From Acidobacteriota bacterium (lineage in GTDB: Bacteria; Acidobacteriota; UBA890; WLXD01): a DNA stretch of 64,000 nucleotides. The stretch covers positions 1,376,001 through 1,440,000 of the forward strand of contig CAXWPH010000015.1 of assembly GCA_963666055.2 (NCBI GenBank), written 5' to 3'. Under the pieces are notes generated by a model. The model was not told where the DNA came from. It worked only from the letters and a program-made list of their open reading frames with translations, and ran no database searches. The translations under genes and the position numbers were made by a program. Shown here piece after piece: positions 48,401-58,821 of this stretch (within the stretch, counting starts at the first letter, position 1; the number at the start of each line of letters is the position of its first letter).

Positions 48401-48737
48401 GGCGCTGCACTGGGAAATGTGGCTGCTGGCGCAGGGCGGGATGTCCAATCACCGTGTGCTGCGCGCCGCGACGCTCAACGGGGCGATGACAATCGGTCTG
48501 GACAAGCAGATAGGCAGTCTCGAGGAAGGGAAGCTAGCTGATCTGATCGTGCTTGACGAAAACCCGCTGGAAGACATCGAGCACACCAACACGGTTCGGT
48601 ATTCGATGGTCAATGGCCGCCTTTACGACTCGCTCAGCATGAACGAGATCGGCAACTACGATCGGCCCCGCAGCAAGTTTTACTGGGAGCTCGAAGACGA
48701 CAACGGTATCGACTGGAACGAAGCCTGGGCGCAATAG
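45444..48737 (+). CDS. TolB/PD40-propeller plus amidohydrolase fusion, exported
   Basis: EGTWMSVDVHPDG..FDLLGDIY, SPDG repeats, PGLVDMHGH, GSHGQ, GKLADL. Confidence 0.88.
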   Translation: MRRPVAGGRGVARSVAIPALILLASLSFAADSDWDVTDTGQPYIDAEFTVTEGTWMSVDVHPDGGRILFDLLGDIYSIPEAGGEATLLHGGPAMQIMPSFSPDGGKILYLSDASGSDNIWVSDADGSAARQITNETIDVLAGPAWDPGGEYVAAAKRYGAFPMVRASEIRLFHLDGGSGRLLVETPANQRDVHEAEFSSDGRFFYYTERVGSPSIFVDANHAGFAIKRRNLASGATEEILRGLGGATTPQVSPDGTRVAFIRRVKAKTVLFELDTETRQQRPIYDDLDRDARADFMQQSAYYPQFDWFPDGRHVAIWGKGKLLKINMDTAATEEIPFRVTARHRITKTARFEIELAPEQTIVRAVRHLAPAPDGSAIVFNALGHLWQQTLPEGKPSRLTDTAAFEAEPVYSPDGGSIAYVEWDDERGSSLKVIASGGGSPRTVESSSGVIRQPAFSPHGERLVYRVEAATKHMGGYRAKPGIYWVSVADGESHFVAERGFAPTFSPDGQRIFYSYISSDGAGGFYSTATRVGKLESSNLDGFDVRQHAFGTDVLELTLSPDLAWLAFSYHKQYYVIPYRETGVPLEVSMHSNAMPVATLTEYGGYDLVWSADSQTVQWTLGSSLYRASVAEQFAAPAAPAASIDLVVPTDVPEGVLAFTNARLITMNGDEVIEDGTVVVEGNRLRAIGDSDEIAIPEGATVIDASGKTIMPGLVDMHGHIDCCYAPADLMPQKQPRRYAALAYGVTTNFDPYSTDMPAYAIHETNLAGITVGPRAVNVGSVVYGRSQKPDFVYAPINGFADAQAVMVRKTALGGVIVKSYKQPMRSQRQQLVKAGRDAGIMVDVEGESHFYNNVSMVLDGHVAVEHNFPVANYYDDLVQLFAHSEVAHTPTLVVAFGELFGENFIYQTERVWDDPKARTYVQRVTAGYSPIATPAGAPPHVRGMTTIHVADELWDIGFRAVSRSMKKLDDAGVLINAGSHGQTAGLALHWEMWLLAQGGMSNHRVLRAATLNGAMTIGLDKQIGSLEEGKLADLIVLDENPLEDIEHTNTVRYSMVNGRLYDSLSMNEIGNYDRPRSKFYWELEDDNGIDWNEAWAQ

Positions 48738-48760
48738 AGCACGGAGGAGGGATCGGAGAG

Positions 48761-49537
48761 ATGGGTGTCATCGGAACGGTGGACAGCCTCTGGCGCTATC
48801 CAGTGAAGAGCATGCGAGGCGAGGAGCTGCACCAGGCGTTCATAGGGTTTTCCGGGGTCTACGGCGATCGTCTGTTCGCCTTTCGCAGCTCCGCTGGCGT
48901 CCCGGGCTTCCCCTACCTGACGGGTCGAGAGCTCGGAGAGATGCTCCGCTATCGTCCACGTTTCCGTCACCCGGACAAGGCGGTGTGCCCGCCGAATCTG
49001 GCCGAAGCTGAGAGCATCGCGCCCGGCCTGAGCCCCGTCTTCCCCAGCCCGGCGGAACTGATGGTCGATGTCGAGGCTCCCTCGGGAGACCTGTTCGCCA
49101 TTGACCAGTCCGAGCTATTGGACATGCTCGGCAACGACACACGTACGCTGACGTTGCTTCGATCGGAGCGGGCGATGACGGACTGTCGTCCGGTATCGCT
49201 CTTCGGTCTGCAGACCGTAGGCCAGCTCGGCGAGGAGATCGGCTCAGCCGTCGACAAGCGATGCTTTCGAGCCAATATCTACGTCGATTTCGAAGGTGCC
49301 CAGGGATTCTCTGAAGACGCGCTTGTCGGCCAGTCGCTGCAAATCGGATCCAAGACCGTGATCTCGATTCTGGAGCGCGATCCGCGCTGCAAGATGATCA
49401 GTCTGGATCCCGACACCGGCGAGTCGAATCCGGAGATCCTACGAAAGGTCGCCCGCTCGCACGATGGCATGGCCGGAGTCTATGGGGCGGTGCTCGTTGA
49501 AGGCATGATCCAGAAGGGCGATGTAGTTGTCACCTGA
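48761..49537 (+). CDS. MOSC domain protein
   Basis: LWRYPVKSM, GDR, FRAN, RCKM, GVYG. Confidence 0.88.
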   Translation: MGVIGTVDSLWRYPVKSMRGEELHQAFIGFSGVYGDRLFAFRSSAGVPGFPYLTGRELGEMLRYRPRFRHPDKAVCPPNLAEAESIAPGLSPVFPSPAELMVDVEAPSGDLFAIDQSELLDMLGNDTRTLTLLRSERAMTDCRPVSLFGLQTVGQLGEEIGSAVDKRCFRANIYVDFEGAQGFSEDALVGQSLQIGSKTVISILERDPRCKMISLDPDTGESNPEILRKVARSHDGMAGVYGAVLVEGMIQKGDVVVT

Positions 49538-49568
49538 TCGCTCTGCCACCGATCCTGAGGAGACATCT

Positions 49569-52334
49569 ATGCGCTCGCAGTTCACGCCGCTCCGATGCGC
49601 CGTGACATGCGCCACGTTGCTGCTGACCGTTTCCGTCGCCGGCGACGCAGCTGCACAGCAACTATCGGGGCAGTTCCTGGAGCATGTCCACTACCGCGAG
49701 ATCGGCCCGACGCGTCAAGGTGGCCGCGTCGTCGACCTGGCGGTACCTGACCGCGCCAAGCAGCCCTATACGTTCTACGTCGCGACGGCGAACGGCGGTC
49801 TATGGAAGACCACCAACAACGGGCAAACTTTCGCGCCCATCTTCGACGATCAGAACGTCATCGCCATGGGCGCCGTTGCGGTGGCTCCTTCGGAGCCGGA
49901 TGTTGTCTGGGTCGGCACCGGCGAGGCCAACAACAGCATCACGGATCCGTATGCCTCGTACTGGGGCGACGGTGTCTACAAGTCGACGGACAGCGGTGCG
50001 AGCTGGGCGAACATGGGTCTGGGCGACACGCACCAGATCGGCCGCATCGTCGTTCATCCGCAAGATGCGGACGTCGTCTACGTGGCGGCGCTTGGTCACC
50101 TGTACTCCGACAATGCCGAGCGGGGCGTGTTCAAGACCGACGACGGAGGCGTTACCTGGGCCCAGGTATTGAAAATCACCGAGGGTGATCGGCACATCAG
50201 CGTGGTCGACCTGGTCATGAGCCCGCAGAACCCGGAAGTGCTCTACGCCGCTGCGTACGACCGCGCCGCCACCCCGTGGATGTTCCGCCAGGGTGGTCCG
50301 GCGGCCGGTATCTACAAGACCACCGACGGGGGCGCGACCTGGGCCAGGCTGGATGGCCTGCCGCCAGGCGACATCGGCCGGATCGGCCTGACGATCTCGC
50401 CGCAGCACCCCGAGATTCTCTACGCCAGCGTCCTGTTGCCGGGTCAGTCGGAGGAGCCGGAGCGCCAGTACGAGAACTGGGTCTACCGTACCAACGATGC
50501 CGGTGAAACATGGCTGCGGACGCACTCCGAGCCGCTCGTGGGTGGCTCCTATTTCGGCCAGATCCGCATTGATCCGAACGACCCGGAGCACGTCTACTTG
50601 CTCGCCTTCGGCAATCAGCACTCCGTTGACGGGGGCCGCACCTGGAGCCTCGCCTTCCGCTGGGGCGGCGACAACCATGCGCTGTGGATCGATCCGAGCG
50701 ATTCTCGGCACATGCTGCTCGGATACGACTACGGCATGGCGATCACCTACGACTCCGGCGACAACTGGTACCACCCCGACGAGCTGCCCTTGGCGCAGTT
50801 CTACGGTATCTGCACCGACATGGCGTATCCGTACAACGTTTACGGCGGAACACAGGACTTCGGGACGTGGAAGGGCCCGAGCACCAAGAAAGGTCGCTTC
50901 CCGATTCGCTTCGAGGACTGGGAGCACATGCTCGGGGGCGATGGGTACTTCTGCCAGGTCGGTCCGACGAACAACCGATGGCTATACGCCGAGTCCCAGA
51001 ACGGCTCGTTGTCGAAGGTCGACATGCGGACGGGACGGCGCAAGCGCATTCAGTATCGAGGGTCCGATCTGCGCTTCAACTTCGATGCGCCGCTGCTTAT
51101 CTCGCCGCACAACAGCGATGTCATTTATCACGGTGCCAACGTGTTGCTGCGCTCCGCCTTCCGGGGCGAGAACTGGGAGGCCATCAGCCCGGATTTGACC
51201 ACCAACGACCCGCAGCGCCGCGCTGTCGGACCGCTCGCCTACAGCACCCTCACCACGCTGGACGAGTCGCCGGTGCAACAGGGAGTGATCTGGGTCGGTA
51301 CCGACGACGGCAACGTGCAGCTCACCCGAGACGGCGGCGAGACCTGAGCGTTGCTCAACGACAGCATCGTCGGCAACCCTGGGTACTGGGTCTCGAGCGT
51401 CGAGGCGTCGCACCACGATGCCGGCACGGCCTACGTGGCCTACTTCGGTCGGCGGCGCGACGATTTCCGGCCGTTCCTGTATAAGACGACCGATTTCGGC
51501 GCTACCTGGACGGAGATCGTCGACGGCCTGGCCATCGATGAGCCGATCAACGTCGTGGTCGAGGATCACAAGAATCCGAACTTGCTGTTCGCCGGCAGCG
51601 AGAAGGCGGTCTATGTGAGCATCGATGGCGGCACTCACTGGACGCGAATGCAGAACAACATGCCCAGCGTCGGCGTCCACGACCTGGTGATTCACCCACG
51701 CGAGAACGATCTCGTCGTCGGCACGCACGGACGTGGCTTCTTCATCGCCGACATCTCGCCGCTCCAGGAGCTCGCGCCTGAGGTGATGGCGCGAGACGCG
51801 TACCTGTTCAACATAGAGCCCGAGGTTCAGTGGGTCATGCCGTCGCAGCGTACGGTTGGCGCCCAGAACTTCGCCGGCGAAAACGAGCCCTACGGGGTGG
51901 TCATCAACTATTACCTCCACGAGGCCGTCGCCGGCGGAGTGAGGGTGCGAATCTACGACGGCATCCGGCTGATCAATGAGCTCAGTGCCACTGCAGACGC
52001 CGGGCTGAACCGTGCCATCTGGCCAATGACGTGGCGGCAGCCACGGTCGCCCGAAGCGATCGCCCGGTGGGATCGGCGGCAGGAGTTTGGCGCCCGGGAT
52101 CCGCAGTTCTTCGACTACTACGACACCGTGGATTTCTACGGCGACCCGAATGAGGAGGTCACCGCCGACGGCATGTCGATGCGCACCAGGGTGGACGATG
52201 CGGGGCCAATCGAGCGCGATTACAGGTATTTTCGTGTCCAGCCAGGCACCTACCGGATCGTTCTCGAGGTCGGTGGAGAACAGCTACAGGGACAGGCCGA
52301 GATCCTCGTGGACCACTGGTTCGAGCGACGTTGA
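49569..52334 (+). pseudogene. VPS10/BNR-repeat glycosyl hydrolase-like exported protein with an internal TGA
   Basis: Repeated (S/T)xDGGxTW boxes; in-frame TGA at 51345-51347 in DGGET*; the ORF continues in the same frame to 52334. Confidence 0.85.
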
Positions 52335-52388
52335 ATGTCGGTCGTGCGCTATTAACGGAGCGCCACATGAGACAGCGGCCCGTGAGGA

Positions 52389-54176
52389 TCAGTGGCCAGT
52401 GTCCGTCGTCTCGCCGGTTTGCAGTCGCCAGAGCGCCGCATACAACCCGTCGTGCCCGACGAGCTCCTCGTGCGTTCCACTCTCGACGATGCGGCCCTGA
52501 TCCAGGACATGAATGGCGTCGGCGTGGCGCACGGTCGACAGGCGGTGCGCCACGATCAGCGTCGTCCGGCCTCGAGCGGCGTGGGCCAGGGAACGCTGGA
52601 TGGCCGCCTCGGTCTCGTTGTCGACGGCCGAGGTCGCCTCGTCGAGCACCAGGATCGCCGGGTCGCGATAGAACGCTCGCGCCAGAGCGATGCGCTGCCG
52701 CTGGCCGCTGGACAACTGGGTGCCGCGCTCGCCCACCGGGCTCAGGTATCCGTGTGGCAGCGTGCGGATGAAGTCGTGGACCTCGGTGGCGCGTGCGGCG
52801 GTCTCGACGGCGGCCATGTCGGGGATGGGCTCACCATAGGCGATGTTCTCGGCGACGGTGCCGTCGGTGAGAAAGGGATCTTGCGCGACATAGCCGATCG
52901 CCTCGCGCAGCGACCGTGGATCGTAGCCGGTGATGTCCTTGCCGTCGAGCAGGATGCTGCCGTGTGCCGCGTCTAGGAAGCGCATTAGCAGCTTGAGCAC
53001 CGTAGTCTTGCCGCCCCCGGTTGCCCCGACGAGGGCCACGGTGGCACCGGCGGGGACATCGAAATCGACTCCGTTGATCGCCGGTTTGCCTTCGTACGCG
53101 AAGTGCAGGTTCTCGAAGCGGAGCTTGGCGGTGGCACCAGCGGGCACCGGCGTGTCGGGCCGGGACGGAACGGGTGTGTCCAGGAGGTTCATGATGCGAG
53201 TCACCGAGGCCATGGCGCGGTTGTACAGATCGGTCAACTGGGCAAGGTCGGTAAGCGGCCAGAGCAGGCGCTGCGTCAGGTACACGAGAGCCGAGTAGCT
53301 GCCTACGCCGATGTCGCCGCGCAACGCCAGCATGCCGCCGTACAGCAGGGTGGCGATGAAGCCCGACAGCACCGCCATGCGGATCACCGGATTGATGGCG
53401 GCGGCGAACCGAATAGCGTCGGCGTTGCGGGCGCGGTACGCGTCGGAGGCGGAGCGCAAGTGTTCGGCTTCGAATTCCTCGGCCGTATACGCCTGGATGG
53501 TGGCCATGCCGAACAGATTGTTGTTGAGGCGCGCCGACAGCGCCCCGGCGGCGTCACGTGCTGCCGCGTAGCGCGGCGCCAGGCGTCGCTGAAACCAGAA
53601 AGCCCCGAAGATGATCAAGGGAATCGGCAGGAGCGCCATCATCGCCAGATCGGCCGTGATCACGAAGAACACCGCGCCCACCATGATGGACGAGAAGAAC
53701 ACTTGGATCAGGCTGTTGGCACCCGTGTTGAGGAAGCGCTCGACCTGGTTCACGTCCTCGTTGAGTAACGCCATCAGGCGGCCGCTGCGCTGGCGCTCGA
53801 TGAACCCCGGAGGCAACTGCTGGATGTGAGAGTAGGCGGCCTGGCGCAGCTCGTGCTGGAGGTCCTGGGCCAGGCCGCGCCACTTGAGTGCGTAGAGGTA
53901 CTCGAAGAACGACTCCAGGGCCCACACCACCACCGTGAGCGCGGCGAGTACCCACAGTTGCTCGACCGGGTCGGCAATGCCTTGGCGCGCCAGGAACGAG
54001 TCGCGCTGGTTCACCACCACGTCGACGGCCACCCCGATCAACAGCTCGGGCAGCACATCGAAGAACTTGTTGAGTATCGAGAACGCGGTGGCCAGATACG
54101 CGTCGCGTCGATAGGGTCGGGCAAAGCCGACAAGCCGGCGAAGCGGGCTGACCGCAGGCGCGTGGGGTTCGGACAT
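52389..54176 (-). CDS. ABC transporter, fused permease/ATPase (exporter type)
   Basis: [28 protein letters not shown]; N-terminal TMD. Confidence 0.92.
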   Translation of the reverse strand: MSEPHAPAVSPLRRLVGFARPYRRDAYLATAFSILNKFFDVLPELLIGVAVDVVVNQRDSFLARQGIADPVEQLWVLAALTVVVWALESFFEYLYALKWRGLAQDLQHELRQAAYSHIQQLPPGFIERQRSGRLMALLNEDVNQVERFLNTGANSLIQVFFSSIMVGAVFFVITADLAMMALLPIPLIIFGAFWFQRRLAPRYAAARDAAGALSARLNNNLFGMATIQAYTAEEFEAEHLRSASDAYRARNADAIRFAAAINPVIRMAVLSGFIATLLYGGMLALRGDIGVGSYSALVYLTQRLLWPLTDLAQLTDLYNRAMASVTRIMNLLDTPVPSRPDTPVPAGATAKLRFENLHFAYEGKPAINGVDFDVPAGATVALVGATGGGKTTVLKLLMRFLDAAHGSILLDGKDITGYDPRSLREAIGYVAQDPFLTDGTVAENIAYGEPIPDMAAVETAARATEVHDFIRTLPHGYLSPVGERGTQLSSGQRQRIALARAFYRDPAILVLDEATSAVDNETEAAIQRSLAHAARGRTTLIVAHRLSTVRHADAIHVLDQGRIVESGTHEELVGHDGLYAALWRLQTGETTDTGH

Positions 54177-54505
54177 GCTCGCGCGCCTTGATCTCACCCG
54201 CAAATCCCGTCTGCGATATGCAACGATTATCTGGTGTTGCGGCAGCAGGCTGCCCCTCTACGTACCGACCCGGAAGAAGCCGGCAGGAGCACGGTGGTGC
54301 GGCACGGTATCGGCTGTCAAACCGTACGTCTACAGGCGTATGTGGGCGGCCCGTCTGACGCTCATCGATCGTACGCTTTTTGACGCTCCAGACTGGGTCG
54401 TTGTTGCCAGCAGCGTTTACCATGCCGCAGACTCATCGCCCATGCGATCGTCCGCCGGAGGGCGACCTCGTTGCCCGGTGCACCGCCGCAAGCAGGACCA
54501 ACTTC

Positions 54506-56758
54506 ATGAGATCGACCGCTCTGCTCCCTCGCGTTGCGACGCTGCCGCTCGTCGTGGCGCTCGCGTTTGTCGCCTGCGCCCCCCAGCAAGCCCCGGATCC
54601 GGAGGTCCAAGCCTGGCAGGAGCGCGCCGCCGGCATCACCGTCATCCGCGATGACTGGGGCATCGCCCACATCTACGGCTCCACCGACGCCGACGCCGTC
54701 TTCGGGATGATCTACGCCCAGGCCGAGGACGACTTCAATCGCATCGAGGTGAACTACCTCAACTCGATGGGCCGCCTGGCCGAGGCCGAGGGCGAGGCGG
54801 AGATCTACCGCGATCTGCGCATGAAGCTGTTCATCGTCCCCGAAGAAATGGAGGCTCAGTACGAGGCTAGCCCGGACTGGCTCAAGGCGCTCATGGACGC
54901 CTGGGCGGACGGCCTCAACTACTACTTGTACACGCATCCACAGGTGCAGCCGCGGGTCATCGGGTGCTTCGAGCCCTGGATGGCGCTGACCTTCAGCGAG
55001 GGCAGCATCGGTGGCGACATCGAGCGGGTCTCGCTGCGCGACCTCGAAGGCCTTTACGGGTCGTCGCCCGAAGCCACGATGGGTGCTGCGCCCTCGACAA
55101 ATCTCCGGACGTCGTCGCAGCTCGCGGCGGCCAGCGACAATGAGCTCTACGCGGAGCTGTTCGCCGAGCCCACCGGTTCCAACGGCTTTGCTATCGCCCC
55201 CGCCAACACGGTCAGTGGCAACGCTCTGCTGCTGATCAACCCCCATACGTCGTTCTACTTCCGCTCCGAGCTACACATGGTGAGCGACGAGGGATTGAAT
55301 GCCTACGGGGCAGTCACCTGGGGGCAGTTCTTCGTCTACCAGGGCTTCAACGAGAGCGCCGGTTGGATGCATACATCCACCACTGCCGACAACATCGACG
55401 AGTACAGCTACGAGGTGAGCGTCCGCGACAATGGCGTCTATTACCCATACGGCGACGAGGAGCGGCGCATGCGCGAAGCGATCATCGCGGTGCCCTACAG
55501 GGACGCCGACGGCGTGGCCGAGCGGCAGTTCACCGTCTACTACAGTCACCATGGGCCGATCGTCCGGACGCTGGACGGACGCTGGGTCGCGGTGAAGCTG
55601 ATGAACGAGCCGGTGAGCGCGTTGACCCAGTCGTATACGCGCACCAAGGCAGCCAACTACGCACAGTACAGACAGATCATGGAGCTGCACACCAACTCCT
55701 CGAACAACACGGTCTTCGCCGACGGCGAGGGCAACATCGCCTACTTCCACTCCAACTTCGTGCCGATCCGCGACACGCGCTTCGACTGGAGCGAGCCGGT
55801 CGATGGAAGTGATCCAGCCACCGAGTGGCAGGGCTTGACCCCGGTCGACGAGTCGCCGAACGCTCTCAACCCGCCTGGAGGCTGGATCCAGAACACCAAC
55901 AACTGGCCCTATTCGGTTAGCGGCGACAGCAGCCCTAGGCAGCAGGACTACCCCTCCTACATGGACACGCGCGGCGAGAACGCCCGCGGCCTGCACGCCA
56001 TGCGCGTGCTCGACGGCAAGACCGATTTCACGCTCACCAGCCTCATCGAGGCTGCCTACGACAGCTACCTCACCGCCTTCGAGCCGTTGATTCCGGCGCT
56101 GCTGAGCGCCTACGACCAGACACCCGCTGCCGAGCCGCTCAGGGCCGAGCTGGCCGAGCAGATCGAGATTCTGCGCGGTTGGGATCTGCGCTTCAGCGTC
56201 GACTCGGTGGCCACCTCCCTGGCCGTCTTCTGGGGCGACGAAGCCATGCGCGATGCGGCGCCCTCGGCTCGCGCTGCGGGTATGTCGGTGTCTGACTACA
56301 TCGCCACCCGAGCACCCGCCCGGCAGCTCCTCGAAGCGCTTGCCGCGGCGTCGGATCGCCTCACCGAGGACTTCGGCTCCTGGCAGACTCCCTGGGGCGA
56401 GATCAATCGCTTCCAGCGCATCACCGGCGACATCGTCCAGCCGCACGACGACAACGCTCCCAGCATCCCGGTCGCCTTCGCGTCATCACGCTGGGGGTCG
56501 CTGGCCTCCTTCGGCGCCGGTCGCTTCAACACCAAGCGGCTCTACGGCACTGGCGGTAACAGCTTCGTCGCCGTCGTCGAGTTCGGTGACCGCTTGCAGG
56601 CGCGCGCCGTCACCGCAGGCGGCGAGAGCGGGGACCCGGCGTCACCGCACTTCGACGACCAGGCAACCCGGTATGCTACCGGGGATCTGCGGCCGGTGTA
56701 CTTCTACCGGGAGGACGTCGACGCGAGTCGGGAGCGCGAGTACCACCCGGGGGAGTGA
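54506..56758 (+). CDS. Penicillin acylase family (S45) Ntn-hydrolase, lipoprotein
   Basis: RDDWGIAHIYG, YAQAED, GSNGFAIAP (Ser nucleophile), INPH, HGPIV. Confidence 0.9.
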   Translation: MRSTALLPRVATLPLVVALAFVACAPQQAPDPEVQAWQERAAGITVIRDDWGIAHIYGSTDADAVFGMIYAQAEDDFNRIEVNYLNSMGRLAEAEGEAEIYRDLRMKLFIVPEEMEAQYEASPDWLKALMDAWADGLNYYLYTHPQVQPRVIGCFEPWMALTFSEGSIGGDIERVSLRDLEGLYGSSPEATMGAAPSTNLRTSSQLAAASDNELYAELFAEPTGSNGFAIAPANTVSGNALLLINPHTSFYFRSELHMVSDEGLNAYGAVTWGQFFVYQGFNESAGWMHTSTTADNIDEYSYEVSVRDNGVYYPYGDEERRMREAIIAVPYRDADGVAERQFTVYYSHHGPIVRTLDGRWVAVKLMNEPVSALTQSYTRTKAANYAQYRQIMELHTNSSNNTVFADGEGNIAYFHSNFVPIRDTRFDWSEPVDGSDPATEWQGLTPVDESPNALNPPGGWIQNTNNWPYSVSGDSSPRQQDYPSYMDTRGENARGLHAMRVLDGKTDFTLTSLIEAAYDSYLTAFEPLIPALLSAYDQTPAAEPLRAELAEQIEILRGWDLRFSVDSVATSLAVFWGDEAMRDAAPSARAAGMSVSDYIATRAPARQLLEALAAASDRLTEDFGSWQTPWGEINRFQRITGDIVQPHDDNAPSIPVAFASSRWGSLASFGAGRFNTKRLYGTGGNSFVAVVEFGDRLQARAVTAGGESGDPASPHFDDQATRYATGDLRPVYFYREDVDASREREYHPGE

Positions 56759-56950
56759 CTGATCAGTCATGCTGCGCAGTTCGATATCAGCCGCCCATCG
56801 AGCGGAACCTCGGCTGGCTTTGCGGGCCTGTATTGATCGCGTACCGAACGCCGTCTAGAGTCGCTCTGCGATCCTGAGCCGTTCGTTGTCGGGAGTCTCC
56901 TTTGCTCGGCGTGTCTCCTTTCCCTTGTGGGGCCATCGGTCCAGACCCCC

Positions 56951-58078
56951 ATGTCGTCGATGTCCGCTAGCTCCTCGACCGACGGTATGGCCTGGAGGGG
57001 CGCGGCGCAGCTGTTGGCGTTGCTGGTCCTGCTCTACGGCTTCTTCGTCGGGCTCGACCTCATGGGGCTCGCCTTCAAGCTGTTCGGGCGAGGCTTCGCC
57101 GAGACGCTCATCGCGCAGACCGCCAATCCGCTGGTCGGCCTGTTCGTCGGCGTCCTGGCCACGAGCCTGGTGCAGAGCTCGTCGACGACCACGTCGATGA
57201 CCGTCGGACTGGTAGCCGCCGGAGCGCTCACTGTCGAGGGGGCCATCCCCATCGTCATGGGAGCCAACATCGGCACCTCGATCACCAACACACTGGTCTC
57301 GCTGGCCCACGTGACGCGGCGTGAGGAGTTCGAGCGCGCCTTCGCCGGAGCCACCGTGCACGACTTCTTCAATTTGCTTGCCGTGGCGATTCTTTTGCCG
57401 TTGGAAATCGCCACCGGCTACCTGGCCCGTGTAGCTGCCGCGCTCGAGCATGGGCTCGAAGGCACTGCCGGGATCGAGCTGTTCGATCCGCTGCGCGCCG
57501 TTGTCCGGCCGTTTGCCGAAGGCGTCGTCAGCCTGGTCGGCGAGTCGGGGATTATCGCTCTGATCGTCGGTATTCTGCTGCTCATGACGTGCTTGAAATT
57601 CCTCGTCGATCTCTTGAAGGCGCTGATGTCGTCGCGCGCCGAGCGCGTCCTGCATGCGACGCTTCTGCGCTCGACCACTGCCGCCGTCGCCGCCGGGATG
57701 GTGATGACGGTGATGGTGCAGAGCAGCTCGATCACCACGTCGGCGATGATTCCACTCGTCGGGGCGGGTATCGTGACGCTGGAGCAGATGTTCCCGCTTA
57801 CCATCGGCGCCAACCTCGGTACGACGATCACCGCCATGCTGGCGGCGCTGGCCACCGGTAACCCGGCTGCGGTGACGGTGGCGTTCGCGCATGTGATATT
57901 CAACGTGACTGCGACTCTGTTGGTTTTCTTGCCGCCACCCATGCGGCGAATACCGCTCAGACTGGCGCGCTGGATGGGGCGCGTGGGGAGTCGCAATCGG
58001 CTGTTGGCAGCCGCCTACATCATCGTGGTTTTCTTCCTGATACCGCTCTCGCTGCTGTTGATCAGCGGCACCCTGTAG
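56951..58078 (+). CDS. Na+/phosphate symporter (NptA/SLC34)
   Basis: Two QSSS motifs, MGANIGT, GATVHDFFN. Confidence 0.9.
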   Translation: MSSMSASSSTDGMAWRGAAQLLALLVLLYGFFVGLDLMGLAFKLFGRGFAETLIAQTANPLVGLFVGVLATSLVQSSSTTTSMTVGLVAAGALTVEGAIPIVMGANIGTSITNTLVSLAHVTRREEFERAFAGATVHDFFNLLAVAILLPLEIATGYLARVAAALEHGLEGTAGIELFDPLRAVVRPFAEGVVSLVGESGIIALIVGILLLMTCLKFLVDLLKALMSSRAERVLHATLLRSTTAAVAAGMVMTVMVQSSSITTSAMIPLVGAGIVTLEQMFPLTIGANLGTTITAMLAALATGNPAAVTVAFAHVIFNVTATLLVFLPPPMRRIPLRLARWMGRVGSRNRLLAAAYIIVVFFLIPLSLLLISGTL

Positions 58079-58091
58079 CTGGAGAGCTGAG

Positions 58092-58745
58092 ATGTTCAAG
58101 CGCCTGTTCGGAGCGCGAGCCCAATCAACGCTGATCGACGAAGGCTTCGAGACGATCTCGGGGATGCTCACCCACGCCGCCGAGATGTATGACATCGCCA
58201 TCGAGATGCTCCTCGACAACCGGCCCGCGGACGTCGATCTTGATGCGCTCGACGACCGTATCGATGACGGGGAGCGCCAGGTACGTCGGACGGTTCTGCA
58301 GCACCTCGCCGTCGATCCACGGCACGACCTCGTAGCGAGCCTGATCCTGGTGTCGATCGTGCAGGACGCCGAGCGCATCGGCGACTTCGCGCGTGGTCTC
58401 GGCGATCTCGTCGAGCTCAAGCAGGGCCGTCTCGAGGGTGAGTTCGCCGATGGCCTGCGCCAGATCGCCGAGCGGATCCGACCGAGCTTCGAGGTGTGTG
58501 CTGCCGCCTTTGGTGACGATGACGCCGAGGGCGCCAGCCAGCTGATCGGGCACCATGTCGAGACCAAGGTCATCGTTGCAGAGTACATGTCTCGGCTGGC
58601 AGCCAGCGATCTGTCGGCCGACCCGGCAGTGGTCTACTCGAGCGCCGTGCGTATCCTCGCACGGGTGAGCGCCCACCTCAGCAATATCGCCTCCTCGGTT
58701 GTGCAGCCGTACGACCGAATACGACACGGCGACGAGGAGGTCTGA
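58092..58745 (+). CDS. PhoU domain protein
   Basis: DDRID..E..R, DAERIGD; helical; follows the Na/Pi symporter. Confidence 0.8.
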   Translation: MFKRLFGARAQSTLIDEGFETISGMLTHAAEMYDIAIEMLLDNRPADVDLDALDDRIDDGERQVRRTVLQHLAVDPRHDLVASLILVSIVQDAERIGDFARGLGDLVELKQGRLEGEFADGLRQIAERIRPSFEVCAAAFGDDDAEGASQLIGHHVETKVIVAEYMSRLAASDLSADPAVVYSSAVRILARVSAHLSNIASSVVQPYDRIRHGDEEV

Positions 58746-58756
58746 CGCCAGAGTTT

Positions 58757-58781
58757 TTAGTGTCCTGAGTCAGGACACTAA
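58757..58781. repeat. Perfect 25-bp palindrome, possible IS-end scar
   Basis: TTAGTGTCCTGA-G-TCAGGACACTAA between convergent genes. Confidence 0.75.
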
Positions 58782-58821
58782 GGCCAGGGGCGGAGGGGCA
58801 CCTTGCCAAAATGACGGCCCG

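Noticed and set aside
51345-51347. Selenocysteine or genetic-code reassignment of TGA
   Set aside because: The position is a structural Trp, not a Cys, and TGA terminates many genes in the window.
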